Source of the DNA: Bdellovibrionia bacterium | GTDB taxonomy: Bacteria > Bdellovibrionota > UBA1018 | Reading direction: 5' to 3' | Length of the DNA: 64,000 nucleotides | Assembly (NCBI GenBank): GCA_040399745.1 | Contig: JBBARP010000001.1 | Coordinates: 234,617 to 298,616 of the forward strand | In this document: positions 18,790 through 27,804 of the stretch, piece after piece | Layout: each line of letters opens with the position of its first letter | Position numbering within the stretch: position 1 is the first letter of the stretch | Notes under the pieces: generated by a model | Database searches by the model: none | What the model was told of the DNA's origin: nothing | What the model saw: only the letters and a program-made list of their open reading frames with translations | Position numbers and translations under genes: made by a program

Positions 18790-19815
18790 GTGAAGCCGAT
18801 CCTTGGCCAAAGCAAAGCGGTTCATGAGCTTCTGAAGTGGATCGCAAAAGTGGCGGCCGCAAAGACGAACGTGCTTGTCATCGGCGAGAGCGGCACGGGT
18901 AAGGAACTCGTCGCCCGAATGATTCACGACACCGGCCCGCTGAAGGACAAAGCCTTTGTTCCTGTGAACTGCGGCGCCATTCCTGCAAACCTGATTGAAA
19001 GCGAGCTTTTCGGTCATAAGCGGGGCAGCTTCACAGGCGCCGTGACCGAGAAGGACGGCCTTTTTCAAGTGGCCCACGGCGGCACTTTGTTTTTAGACGA
19101 AGTGGGGGAACTTCCCCTAGCGCTTCAAGTGAAGCTGCTTCGAGCGATTCAAGAGCGCACCATTCGAAAAGTGGGCGGGACGGACGACGTGAAAGTCGAC
19201 GTCCGGATCATTGCTGCAACGAACCGCGACTTAGAAGCGGCGGTGAGGCAGGGAAGTTTCCGCGAGGACCTTTACTACCGCCTGAACGTGATTCAGCTCA
19301 AAACCCCGCCCCTTCGCGAACGAGAAGGGGATGTCAGGCTTCTGGCCGATCACTTCTTGAAGCGGTTCTCGGAGCGCTCAGGCCGTAAGGTCGAAGGTTT
19401 CACCGACGAAGCCTGGGCTGCGCTCGATGCGCATTCTTGGCCAGGAAACGTGCGGGAACTCGAGAACGTGATTGAGCGCGCTGTGACTTTGGCGGCAGCG
19501 CTTGGGAAGATTGGGCCCGAGCAATTGCCTTTTGTGAGGGCGAAGAATTCGCAGGCATCAGCTCAGCAGGTTGCAGCAGGTGGCGGAGCGGATAGCGCTC
19601 TATCGGCTGGGACTCCGGACTCTTCGGGCTTTCGCCTTCCTTCGCCCGATTTTTCACAAGGCTCGGTACCGCTTCAGAAAATCCTCGAACAAGTGGAGCG
19701 CACTTACTTTGAAGCCGCTTTGAAAGCAGTGGGGGGAGTTCGCCCGCGAGCGGCTGATCTTCTTCAGCTTCCGGTGAAGACTTTCCAGACCCGCGCGAAG
19801 AAGCTCGGGGTTTGA
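18790..19815 (+). CDS. Sigma54-dependent activator at the PilR position, lacking an N-terminal receiver domain
   Basis: Begins directly at the AAA domain (ILGQS); GESGTGKE, GSFTGA, FLDEV, FREDLYYRL, WPGNVREL, C-terminal Fis-like HTH. Only 10 nt separate it from pilC. Confidence 0.88.
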   Translation: MKPILGQSKAVHELLKWIAKVAAAKTNVLVIGESGTGKELVARMIHDTGPLKDKAFVPVNCGAIPANLIESELFGHKRGSFTGAVTEKDGLFQVAHGGTLFLDEVGELPLALQVKLLRAIQERTIRKVGGTDDVKVDVRIIAATNRDLEAAVRQGSFREDLYYRLNVIQLKTPPLREREGDVRLLADHFLKRFSERSGRKVEGFTDEAWAALDAHSWPGNVRELENVIERAVTLAAALGKIGPEQLPFVRAKNSQASAQQVAAGGGADSALSAGTPDSSGFRLPSPDFSQGSVPLQKILEQVERTYFEAALKAVGGVRPRAADLLQLPVKTFQTRAKKLGV

Positions 19816-19840
19816 AGTTTTGAGCCAGCCCTAAAAGCAG

Positions 19841-19874
19841 AAACCCCGCAGGCCCAAGGGGCGCTGCGGGGTTT
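19841..19874. terminator. Probable bidirectional intrinsic terminator between the convergent activator and pilA genes
   Basis: Inverted repeat AAACCCCGCAG (19841-19851) / CTGCGGGGTTT (19864-19874) with nearby A and T runs. Confidence 0.75.
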
Positions 19875-19906
19875 CCAGTTTTAAGACTGAGACTTGAAGC
19901 GCGAGA

Positions 19907-20554
19907 TCAGACGCCGTTTTGGGCGTTGTTCAGAGTCTTTGCCTGATTGATCGTCCACCGGTCACCACCGCCGTTGCCAGCAGCGGCTGCGGCGGCCACG
20001 GCCGGGGCCGATGACACCCTGCCTACAGCTGTCACAACAAAGACTGTCTGATTGACGTCGGATACACTAGGAGCTTCGGCCAAAGCGGCGGCTGGAAGAA
20101 TGAGGCCGCCTAATGCTGCCGTGGCGAGGTAGAAGTTCTGGTTCTGTGTCAAACCCGGGTCCGCCCCAACCCCCCCGCAGAACAGGGTCGCGGCTCCCGC
20201 GTTATCGAACATATAGGCGTCACAAGGTTGGTTGTTTGCAGGGCCGCAGGTGTCAACACCGGGATCGTTGATTCCCACCGTGTAGTACCGCTTGGCTCCT
20301 GCAGTGGATTCAAACCCAATGTCGTTCAGACAGGTCGTATACGTCCCCACTTCAGCGAAGTACGACTGAAGTGCCGTGTAGCTGGAAGCCAACATCACCT
20401 TCGCTTCGCTCTGCCGTGCGCGGGCTTGGTACTTTTGGTAGTTCGGAATGGCCACTGCCGCCAGGATGCCGATGATGGCAACGACCACCATCAGTTCGAC
20501 CAGCGTGAAGCCAGATTTCGAGATCAGCCGCTTCGGCATTTTAAGATTACTCAT
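19907..20554 (-). CDS. pilA: Type IVa major pilin
   Basis: Class III signal [27 protein letters not shown], then ARQSEAK; sits inside the pil cluster with its own terminator. Confidence 0.92.
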   Translation of the reverse strand: MSNLKMPKRLISKSGFTLVELMVVVAIIGILAAVAIPNYQKYQARARQSEAKVMLASSYTALQSYFAEVGTYTTCLNDIGFESTAGAKRYYTVGINDPGVDTCGPANNQPCDAYMFDNAGAATLFCGGVGADPGLTQNQNFYLATAALGGLILPAAALAEAPSVSDVNQTVFVVTAVGRVSSAPAVAAAAAAGNGGGDRWTINQAKTLNNAQNGV

Positions 20555-20611
20555 AACGTTCCCTTTCTAGGTCCGTCTCATACAGCGAGCCCTCCACTCA
20601 GGATCGAAGTC

Positions 20612-20626
20612 TCAAGATACGTACCG
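20612..20626 (-). promoter_or_regulatory. Candidate sigma54 (-24/-12) promoter of pilA
   Basis: Minus strand CGGTAC-GTATC-TTGA (GG-N10-GA, one change from the GC consensus), about 58 nt upstream of the pilA ATG. Confidence 0.5.
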
Positions 20627-20729
20627 CGATCGATCGTGAGTTTTTGGTATTGATATCAGTGTAAACAGTTCAATTCAGTCGTGCAAACTCTTTTGAATTC
20701 CTCTTGCCTTCGCTAAGGTAGCTCTTCGG

Positions 20730-21740
20730 ATGGGGACATTGAGGGCAGAGCGTGTCGCAAAGGACACAGGTGCAACGAGTGCTCGACGCGAAGCAAGCGT
20801 CGGAACGCTGACGCTCGCTCTAGGCTTAGGCCTATTCGCGCTTCAAGCAGGTGTTCTTTTGCCGAAGCTTCAGCGCCTTTGGGGAAGCGCGGGCGAAGCC
20901 CTGCATGCTCCGGCTCCAGCCCGTGCGAGTGAAAAAGACGCATGGAACCCCGCTTGGGCAAGGACCTTGAGTCTCGGCCAAGGCCAAGCCTTTGCAGATT
21001 GGCTTTTTGTCCGCGCCTTGATTGAGGACGCTCCTTCTCGTCCGCTGAAGGCCGGCGAAAGGTCGCGCGCATCGGTATGGTTGGACTTGGCCTCCAGGCT
21101 TGATCCCGCCTATTTCGAAATGCACCAAAACGGTGCCCTCTATTTAAGTGTGGCCCTGCACGATACCGATGGGGGCCTTGCGCTGGTTTCGCGCGCCAAC
21201 GAATGGCGAAAATCGCAACTTCCTTCTTGGCCTGTATCGTTTCAAGAAACCGAGTGGAAAAGCGCTTGGTCCCTTCCCGTGATTCAGGCCTATTTATATC
21301 TTTTCGAAAAAGAAAACTTAGTCGAGGCAGGGAAAGCGTATCAAGAAGCTGCCGCTCATCCGAAGGCGCCAGCGTATCTGAAGAGCTTGGGGCACCGCTT
21401 TGACAGCCCGGGCGGAATTTATGAGGCAGGAGCCAGAATCTTAGGCTTCATGATTCCGGCCGCAGCACCGGGGGCCCCCAGGGAAGCCCTGATTCGAAAG
21501 CGCGCGGTGCTGATCGTTCACAATCAGCTTTGGCAGATCGATCAGGATTTTTCGGCCTACCTAAAAAAGATGCGAGTTGCACCCACGCCACAGGCCAGGC
21601 ACAGGGCTTGGGATAACTTTCGAGCGCGCTTAGCTCCGACTGACGCTTTAGGTGGACGGTGGACTTTTGATGCGAAGACCGGACAGGTGGGAACAACGAC
21701 AAAGCTCGAAAAGGTCTTTGGCGTAGGAGAAGGAAACTAA
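20730..21740 (+). CDS. pilG: PilG-like accessory protein (Myxococcus/Bdellovibrio nomenclature; TPR-like, membrane anchored)
   Basis: Position between pilA and the ABC pair; N-terminal TM; 'ADWLFVRA...RLDPAYF...W..P..AYLY.F' pattern. Confidence 0.6.
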   Translation: MGTLRAERVAKDTGATSARREASVGTLTLALGLGLFALQAGVLLPKLQRLWGSAGEALHAPAPARASEKDAWNPAWARTLSLGQGQAFADWLFVRALIEDAPSRPLKAGERSRASVWLDLASRLDPAYFEMHQNGALYLSVALHDTDGGLALVSRANEWRKSQLPSWPVSFQETEWKSAWSLPVIQAYLYLFEKENLVEAGKAYQEAAAHPKAPAYLKSLGHRFDSPGGIYEAGARILGFMIPAAAPGAPREALIRKRAVLIVHNQLWQIDQDFSAYLKKMRVAPTPQARHRAWDNFRARLAPTDALGGRWTFDAKTGQVGTTTKLEKVFGVGEGN

Positions 21741-21742
21741 CC

Positions 21743-22678
21743 ATGGCGGCACGCTTAGAGATCAAAGAGGTTCATCAATCCTTTGCTACGGGGTTTTGGC
21801 TCAGGCCCGCTCACATCCTTCGCGGCGTGAGTCTCGAAGTGCCCGAGGGTTCCGTCTACGGGTTTTTAGGAGCAAACGGAGCTGGAAAGACCACTCTGAT
21901 TCATCTCATTACCGGACTAAGAAAACCGAAGTCGGGCTCTCTCACTTTGGACGGGGTGGAAGTTCGCTCGCGCGAGGCGCGCTCCCGCTTAGGCTATTTG
22001 CCCGAGCGCCCTTATTTTCATGAGCACCTGACCGGCGAAGGGCTTCTTCAGTATTTCGGAGCCCTGTCTAACTTGTCTGGAAAGAAGTTAGAAACCCGGA
22101 TCACGGAAGTTTTGGATCAAGTGAACTTGCGAGACGCTCGCCGCGTTCGTCTTCGGAACTTCTCAAAAGGCATGCTTCAGCGTTTGGGCCTAGCTCAAGC
22201 GGTTCTTCACGAGCCTGATTTTCTGGTCCTCGATGAACCCATGAGCGGCCTAGATCCTTTAGGGAGAAAAGAGATTCGCGAGCTGATCCTCAGGCAAGCA
22301 GAACTCGGGAAAACGGTTTTCTTCAGTACGCACGTGATTTCAGACGTTGAGACGCTTTGCGACCGAGTGGGCTTGATCTCGAAAGGCCAAATGGTCCGCA
22401 CCGGGAAAGTGGCCGAGCTTTTGTCGGAACGATCGGGCGGCACGGAAGTATGGTTAGAAGGATCTGCCGCGCCGAGTGGCGCAGATACCTGGACCGGGGT
22501 TGATTCGGTTCGTGTCAATCCAGACGGAGTCCGGGTTCTGGCACGCGAAGGGACGGATCTGGGCGCACTGGTTTCGGAACTTCGGTCGCAAGGCGCAAAG
22601 CTTCGAGCCGTTCTACCCGTTCGGCCCAGTTTAGAAGATTACTTCGGTTCGATTGGCCGCAAGGAGGATCGCTCATGA
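21743..22678 (+). CDS. pilH: ABC transporter ATP-binding protein (PilH, Myxococcus nomenclature)
   Basis: GANGAGKTT, FSKGMLQR, LDEPMSGLDP; synteny with pilA and pilD. Confidence 0.85.
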   Translation: MAARLEIKEVHQSFATGFWLRPAHILRGVSLEVPEGSVYGFLGANGAGKTTLIHLITGLRKPKSGSLTLDGVEVRSREARSRLGYLPERPYFHEHLTGEGLLQYFGALSNLSGKKLETRITEVLDQVNLRDARRVRLRNFSKGMLQRLGLAQAVLHEPDFLVLDEPMSGLDPLGRKEIRELILRQAELGKTVFFSTHVISDVETLCDRVGLISKGQMVRTGKVAELLSERSGGTEVWLEGSAAPSGADTWTGVDSVRVNPDGVRVLAREGTDLGALVSELRSQGAKLRAVLPVRPSLEDYFGSIGRKEDRS

Positions 22679-23487
22679 GTCGGGGGCCTGGGCTTTTTCG
22701 AGTGGCGGGGGCGGTGGCGAAAGTCACGTTCCGAGAAATCTTAGGAGACCGGATTCTTTACGGAGTCTTGGTTCTTGCTGTGCTGTTCTTGGGGCTTGCG
22801 ATTTTGGGCACCCAGCTTAGTTTTGTCAGTCCCGAGCGGTTGATCATCGATTTTGGGTTGGCAGCGCTTGGGATTTCAGGAGCGCTGCTTGGGATTTTTC
22901 TTGGGTCCTCTTCCTTGAACCGGGAATTTGAGCGGCGAACGATTCAAGTGGCGCTCTCGCATCCGATTGGGCGTGGTCAGTTTCTGTTCGGAAAATTCTT
23001 GGGCGTGGTTCTGGCTCTAGGCGTGAACTGGCTGCTTCTTGGGCTGGTCTTTACTCTGGTGGCAGGCCTCTTCTCGGTCGGCGGTTTTGGAAGCTTGTTT
23101 GGGCGGTTGGACGGAGCCATGGGGGCAGCGTTTTTCCTGCTCTGGCTTCAAAGCGCGGTGTTGGCAGCCGTCGCGCTCCTTTTTTCGACCTACTCCAGCA
23201 CCTTAGTCTCGGCCTTCGTCACTTTCGGAGTTTTCTTAGTGGGAAGCTCGGTGACGGATCTGGGCTCGATTGCTTCAAAATCAGAATCCCCGACGCTTCG
23301 GGCGGTGGCCTGGACGGTGGTTCGTGCAGTGCCGAATCTCGAGTACTTTAACCTGCGCGAAAAAGTGTCTTACGATTTGGCGCTTGCGCCGGGTTTAGTG
23401 CCCGTTTCGATGCTCTACGCCTTGGCCTGGATGGGGGCGTGTTTAGTCTTGGCTTCTTTCTTGGTTCGCACGAAGGACACTCCGTGA
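22675..23487 (+). CDS. pilI: ABC-2 type permease (PilI, Myxococcus nomenclature)
   Basis: Multiple TMs, 'TFRE..DRI', 'REFERRTI...HPIGR..FLFGKFLG'. Confidence 0.82.
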   Translation: MSRGPGLFRVAGAVAKVTFREILGDRILYGVLVLAVLFLGLAILGTQLSFVSPERLIIDFGLAALGISGALLGIFLGSSSLNREFERRTIQVALSHPIGRGQFLFGKFLGVVLALGVNWLLLGLVFTLVAGLFSVGGFGSLFGRLDGAMGAAFFLLWLQSAVLAAVALLFSTYSSTLVSAFVTFGVFLVGSSVTDLGSIASKSESPTLRAVAWTVVRAVPNLEYFNLREKVSYDLALAPGLVPVSMLYALAWMGACLVLASFLVRTKDTP

Positions 23488-24266
23488 CTCTCGAACAATT
23501 TCACTTAGGCATCACCACGGCGCTTGGGCTTCTGATTGGCAGCTTTTTGAATGTCGTCATTCACCGCCTACCTGAGGGGCAGTCGATTGTTCGGCCGCGA
23601 AGTTCCTGCCCCAGGTGCCGAAAGCCGGTTGCTTGGTTTGATAATCTTCCCATCCTTTCTTGGCTTCTTCTGAAGGGTAGATGCCGCCACTGCAAAAAAT
23701 CCATTTCGGTTCGTTACCCGGTCGTCGAGGCCTTGACCGCTTGTTTGTTTCTGGCGGCCTTTCACCGGGGTGAGTGGGGGACGACTCTTTGGATTCGGGA
23801 TTGGCCGTTTCTCGCAGCGCTGATCGCTGTATCGTTTATCGACCTTCAGCACCGAATCATACCTGATGAGTTGTCGTGGGGCGGCTTGGCCTTTGGCCTT
23901 CTCACTTCTGTCTTAGACCCAGAACTTGGGTGGCAGGGAGCTTTGATCGGTTCAGCGGTGGGCTTTGTCTTCTTCTATGCGCTGGCGGCAGGCTACGAGC
24001 GTTGGTCGGGGAAGATGGGACTGGGCGGGGGCGATATTAAGCTTCTTGCGATGCTCGGCGCTTTCTTAGGCTGGCGAGGCGTTTTTGCGACCGTACTTCT
24101 CAGTTCGATCGTGGGCAGCTTGGTCGGTGTGGGCTGGGCGCTCGCGAGTCGTAAAAAAGAGGTGATGGGGCTCGCGATTCCGTACGGACCCTTTCTGGTG
24201 CTTGGGGCCTTGTGCTACTTTCTGTTCGGAGGCCAACCGTGGTTCCAATTCATCCTACCGATCTAG
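23484..24266 (+). CDS. pilD: Prepilin peptidase / N-methyltransferase
   Basis: GSFLNVVIHRLP, CPRC/CRHC, IDL..RIIPD, GMGLGGGDIKL-type motif, IPYGPFL; GTG start overlaps the pilI stop. Confidence 0.95.
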   Translation: MTLEQFHLGITTALGLLIGSFLNVVIHRLPEGQSIVRPRSSCPRCRKPVAWFDNLPILSWLLLKGRCRHCKKSISVRYPVVEALTACLFLAAFHRGEWGTTLWIRDWPFLAALIAVSFIDLQHRIIPDELSWGGLAFGLLTSVLDPELGWQGALIGSAVGFVFFYALAAGYERWSGKMGLGGGDIKLLAMLGAFLGWRGVFATVLLSSIVGSLVGVGWALASRKKEVMGLAIPYGPFLVLGALCYFLFGGQPWFQFILPI

Positions 24267-24898
24267 CCGAAAACCGATGGAAGAGCGCCGAATGGGAGCA
24301 TTACGAGCTTTGGGAAAAGCTTGAGAAGCGCGTCCAGAGAAAGCGCCGTATTTGGATTGCCGCGACCGTGGTGGTGTTTCTGGCCATCTCGGCCATTCCG
24401 GTGGTGAAGGATCGCTGGTTGAAGTGGTCTGCTTTGAAAGTGGCCAGACTTCTTTCTCAGCAGATCAATCAGATGAAGCGAGATGCGATGGTGGCCCGAA
24501 CGCCTCACCGATTGATCTTGGTCGATGATCTCGGCGTTCGGATCGAGCCCGTCGCCGAATGCGAGGGGCATGCGCCCCCTGTCTCGCACTCGCTGGCTTC
24601 CTTCAGTACGGCCACCTCGGCAAATTCTGCCGCTCCGCTGACGGTTTCCGTTCGCCAGGTCGATTTTGGATTCTCGGAATTGAAATGGCTCGAACCCGCC
24701 GACGGCGAACGCTGGGGAGTGCCGGGTTTGGTGCGCGAGTACTGCTTTGATCCCTTGAAAGGCGGGGGTTCAGCCGCCAAAGGGTTGCCGGTGATTGGAC
24801 TCGGTGTTGCTCCGAAGGCAGACCTGACCGAGGATCGGTCCGACCGAATGGCAGTGATCTTCGTCTCGGGACCTTCGGCTGAAGTCGCTTACGAGTGA
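24239..24898 (+). CDS. Single-TM protein with a FimT/GspH-like helix but no prepilin cleavage motif
   Basis: GGAGG SD before GTG 24239; charged N-terminus; TM ending AIP; 'ARLLSQQINQMKRDAM' helix. Confidence 0.6.
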   Translation: MVPIHPTDLAENRWKSAEWEHYELWEKLEKRVQRKRRIWIAATVVVFLAISAIPVVKDRWLKWSALKVARLLSQQINQMKRDAMVARTPHRLILVDDLGVRIEPVAECEGHAPPVSHSLASFSTATSANSAAPLTVSVRQVDFGFSELKWLEPADGERWGVPGLVREYCFDPLKGGGSAAKGLPVIGLGVAPKADLTEDRSDRMAVIFVSGPSAEVAYE

Positions 24899-24913
24899 AA
24901 TTCCCCTCGAGTG

Positions 24914-24941
24914 TTGACCCCTTTCACCTGACAGGTAGAAT
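24914..24941 (+). promoter_or_regulatory. Sigma70-type promoter of pilMNOPQ
   Basis: TTGACC-N16-TAGAAT in the intergenic gap, 23 nt before the pilM ATG. Confidence 0.65.
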
Positions 24942-24964
24942 CAGGAAAAGGGGTTCTCGGTTCC

Positions 24965-26083
24965 ATGAAGGGATCACTCGGCCAGAAGGCTAACGGAATC
25001 TTAGGTAAGTTCTTGCCCGACCTTTCCAACTGGTCAGGGGCACTGGCCTCGCTTACGGGCGGAGGTTCCGCGGTGGGCCTGAGTATTGGCTCATCCTCGG
25101 TGAAGCTCGTCGAGCTGAAGCGCTCGGGAAAAGCCTGGAAGCTTCTGAACTGGGCCGTGAATCCGGTTCTGGACGAAAGCATCGTGAACCGCGAGATTCA
25201 TAACGCGGTGGCGGTGACTGAGTCGCTGCGAACTTTGCTATCGGGCGTGAAGCTTCAGAATAAATCGGTTTGCACCGCTCTTTCAGGCGCTACGGTCACT
25301 TTGCGCCGAATGATGGTCGAAGTGGCAAATCCCAAAGAGATTCAAGAGCAAGTGTTCTGGGAAGCCGAGCAGTACGTGAACGAAGCTGTGGCCGACGTGG
25401 TCATGGATTTTCATCAAATTTCCCGCTCAAAAGATGGCAAGACCGACGTGATCTTGGTGGCAGCCAAGCGCTCAGTTCTGGATAGCTACACGGCCTGCGT
25501 TGAAGACGCGGGGCTAAAAGCAAAAGTGGTCGACTTGGATTTCTTGGCGCTTCAAACCGTTTTTGAAGCCAATTATCAGGAGAAACCCGGCGAAGCGGTG
25601 GCGCTGGTCGACATCGGATCGAGCTCGCTGAAGCTTGTGGTCGTGTTCGGGGGAGTGCCGGTCTACACCAAGGACGCGGCAATCGGTGGGCGGAACCTCA
25701 CCTTAGAAATTCAAAGGCAGCTCGAGTCCTCTTTTGCGGATGCCGAAGCATTGAAAACCGAAGGCCCGATTCCTCAGCCGGTCAGTGAGTTGATGCACGC
25801 GCAGAGCGGAATCTTTGCTCAAGAGATCAAGCGCGCCATCGACTTCCACGGCGCTTCCTCTTCGAGTGGTCGAGTCACTTCACTGTTCATCACTGGCGGG
25901 AGCAGCCGGATTCCTGGCCTTGCGCAAGTTCTCGAAGCGGAAACCCAGCTTCCGGTTCAGGAGCTGAATCCCTTCAATGCCATTCAGGTCGATCCGGCTG
26001 TTTATTCGCCGGAGTACTTGGCGAAAATTGCACCGCTTGCGGCCATCCCGGTCGGCTTGGCCATTCGGGCGGGGACGCCATGA
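24965..26083 (+). CDS. pilM: Type IV pilus assembly protein PilM
   Basis: VGLSIGSSSVKLVEL, WEAEQY, DIGSSS, GGRNLT, TGGSSRIPGL, VGLAIR (actin-like fold). Confidence 0.93.
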   Translation: MKGSLGQKANGILGKFLPDLSNWSGALASLTGGGSAVGLSIGSSSVKLVELKRSGKAWKLLNWAVNPVLDESIVNREIHNAVAVTESLRTLLSGVKLQNKSVCTALSGATVTLRRMMVEVANPKEIQEQVFWEAEQYVNEAVADVVMDFHQISRSKDGKTDVILVAAKRSVLDSYTACVEDAGLKAKVVDLDFLALQTVFEANYQEKPGEAVALVDIGSSSLKLVVVFGGVPVYTKDAAIGGRNLTLEIQRQLESSFADAEALKTEGPIPQPVSELMHAQSGIFAQEIKRAIDFHGASSSSGRVTSLFITGGSSRIPGLAQVLEAETQLPVQELNPFNAIQVDPAVYSPEYLAKIAPLAAIPVGLAIRAGTP

Positions 26084-26736
26084 TTAAGATTAACCTGGCG
26101 CTCAGAAAATCGGCTCAGCTCCTGGACTCAGGCCCGGGCACCTCGCTGACGCGCATGGCGCAAGGCGGCCTGGGAAAACTCAGCCCTGCTGATTTGTTTC
26201 AGACCCCGGGCTTCCTGGCCTTTGGTTTGATGCTGGTAGGGATTTTTCTGAGCCAATCCCTGGTCACCAGTTACATGGCCGATGAAGTCGCTAAGCTCGA
26301 TGCGGATCTTGCGCGAATCAACGAGCAAGGCGAGTCGATGACCAAAAAATTGGCTGATTCCAAGAAATTTCAGGAGCAGAAAAAGGAACTCGAAGCCAAC
26401 AAAGCGGAAGTCGATCGCAAGCTCGAAGCCATCCGCAAGCTCTCCTTGGAACGCGATATTCCCGTTCGGATCCTCACTCAGCTTTCATCCAGCATTCCTG
26501 CGGAAGTTTGGCTCTCAGAGCTGAAAGTGGATCGTCAGGATATTCTCTTTAAAGGGGACGCCGTCGACTTTTCTCAAGTGTCTGAGTTCATGAAAAACTT
26601 GGCCACGATCGAACTTTTTGATGGGGTTCGGCTTCAGAACACTCAGCAGGGCCGAGATGAATTTGGCCTGGATATTGCGAAATTCGAGATCGGCGTGAAG
26701 CGCCGTGCGGCAGTGTCGGGAGGCGGAAGTGGATAA
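26080..26736 (+). CDS. pilN: Type IV pilus assembly protein PilN
   Basis: MIKINL motif, TM, coiled coil, IPAEVWL, VSEFMKNL. Confidence 0.9.
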   Translation: MIKINLALRKSAQLLDSGPGTSLTRMAQGGLGKLSPADLFQTPGFLAFGLMLVGIFLSQSLVTSYMADEVAKLDADLARINEQGESMTKKLADSKKFQEQKKELEANKAEVDRKLEAIRKLSLERDIPVRILTQLSSSIPAEVWLSELKVDRQDILFKGDAVDFSQVSEFMKNLATIELFDGVRLQNTQQGRDEFGLDIAKFEIGVKRRAAVSGGGSG

Positions 26737-27355
26737 AGATCTCCTGGGGCGGCTCTTTTCATCGATTCCTAGCAAAGCAATCCTGGGAGCTTGGATCGCC
26801 TATCAGGGGTTTCAAGTGTATCAATTCCGCAGTTCCGACGAATCTGAACTGAATCAAAAGATGTTTCAGGTCTCGGCGGCAGAAAAGCAGTTGGCGAACA
26901 AAGAACGCCAGCTTGCGGAGCTCGATCGTTTCGTGAAGGAACTCGAGTCGCGTAAAGAAGAGTTGAAGCGGAAGTTTGACGAACTGGACCGAACCAAAGT
27001 CAATTTCGAGAGCTTCGACATTCCTTCGTTCATGCAGGCGGCGGTGAATGAGGCCAAGCGCCTGGGCATTCAAGTGCAGGTGTTCCGTCCGACAGTGAAA
27101 TCGGACGGCGAATTCTATGAAGAGCAGGGCTTTGAGTTCGGGTTTCGGGGCTTTTATCCGCAACTCATGGTGTTCTTGAGCCGGCTTTCAAAAATCCAAC
27201 ATGTGGTTCAGGTGGATAGTTTCACGGTGAAGCCCATCGGCGCCCGCAACGGCAAGTTCGTTCAGTTGGAAGGCAGCCTTCAAATCAAAGGCTACTCCTA
27301 TAAGCGCTCCAAAGCGGATGATCTGAAAAAGTCCGCTGAAGCAAGGAGTGGCTGA
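26729..27355 (+). CDS. pilO: Type IV pilus assembly protein PilO
   Basis: TM, coiled coil, 'DIPSFM...FRP...EFYEE...GFYPQLMVFL'; GGAGG SD before GTG 26729. Confidence 0.85.
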   Translation: MDKDLLGRLFSSIPSKAILGAWIAYQGFQVYQFRSSDESELNQKMFQVSAAEKQLANKERQLAELDRFVKELESRKEELKRKFDELDRTKVNFESFDIPSFMQAAVNEAKRLGIQVQVFRPTVKSDGEFYEEQGFEFGFRGFYPQLMVFLSRLSKIQHVVQVDSFTVKPIGARNGKFVQLEGSLQIKGYSYKRSKADDLKKSAEARSG

Positions 27356-27786
27356 TGCGGGCTTGGGCAATCCTGGCGATGGGCTTGATTTTCGGGGCAG
27401 TAGCTTTGCCCGAAGCAGCACTTACGCAGGTCACTTTAGATCTCAGCGACAAGGCGCCGGACCAGCTCAGTTTTCGTGACCCTTTTCAGCGGCCTCAGAT
27501 TCGCGATGCGGCCAATCTTCCGAAGTCGGAGCTGGAGCGTTTTTCGGTCGAGCAGATGGAGCTTCTGGGCGTCATCACCGGTCCAGTCAGAATGCGCGCT
27601 TCCATCCGGACCCCCGATGGAAAACTTCACATGGTGGCCGAGAAGCAAAAGATCGGGAACCGAAACGGCTTTATTCGCAAGATCAACCCAGGCGAAGTCC
27701 TCGTGACTGAGAAGGTCCTGACGGCTTGGGGCAAGGAAGAGGAGCAAGAAATTCAGCTCCGGATCGCGTCAAAGAACAAAGAATAA
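27355..27786 (+). CDS. pilP: Type IV pilus assembly protein PilP
   Basis: RDPF, LERF, LLGVI, IGNRNGFI; lies between pilO and pilQ. No lipobox Cys. Confidence 0.85.
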   Translation: MRAWAILAMGLIFGAVALPEAALTQVTLDLSDKAPDQLSFRDPFQRPQIRDAANLPKSELERFSVEQMELLGVITGPVRMRASIRTPDGKLHMVAEKQKIGNRNGFIRKINPGEVLVTEKVLTAWGKEEEQEIQLRIASKNKE

Positions 27787-27804
27787 GTAGCAAGGGAGTC
27801 GGAA

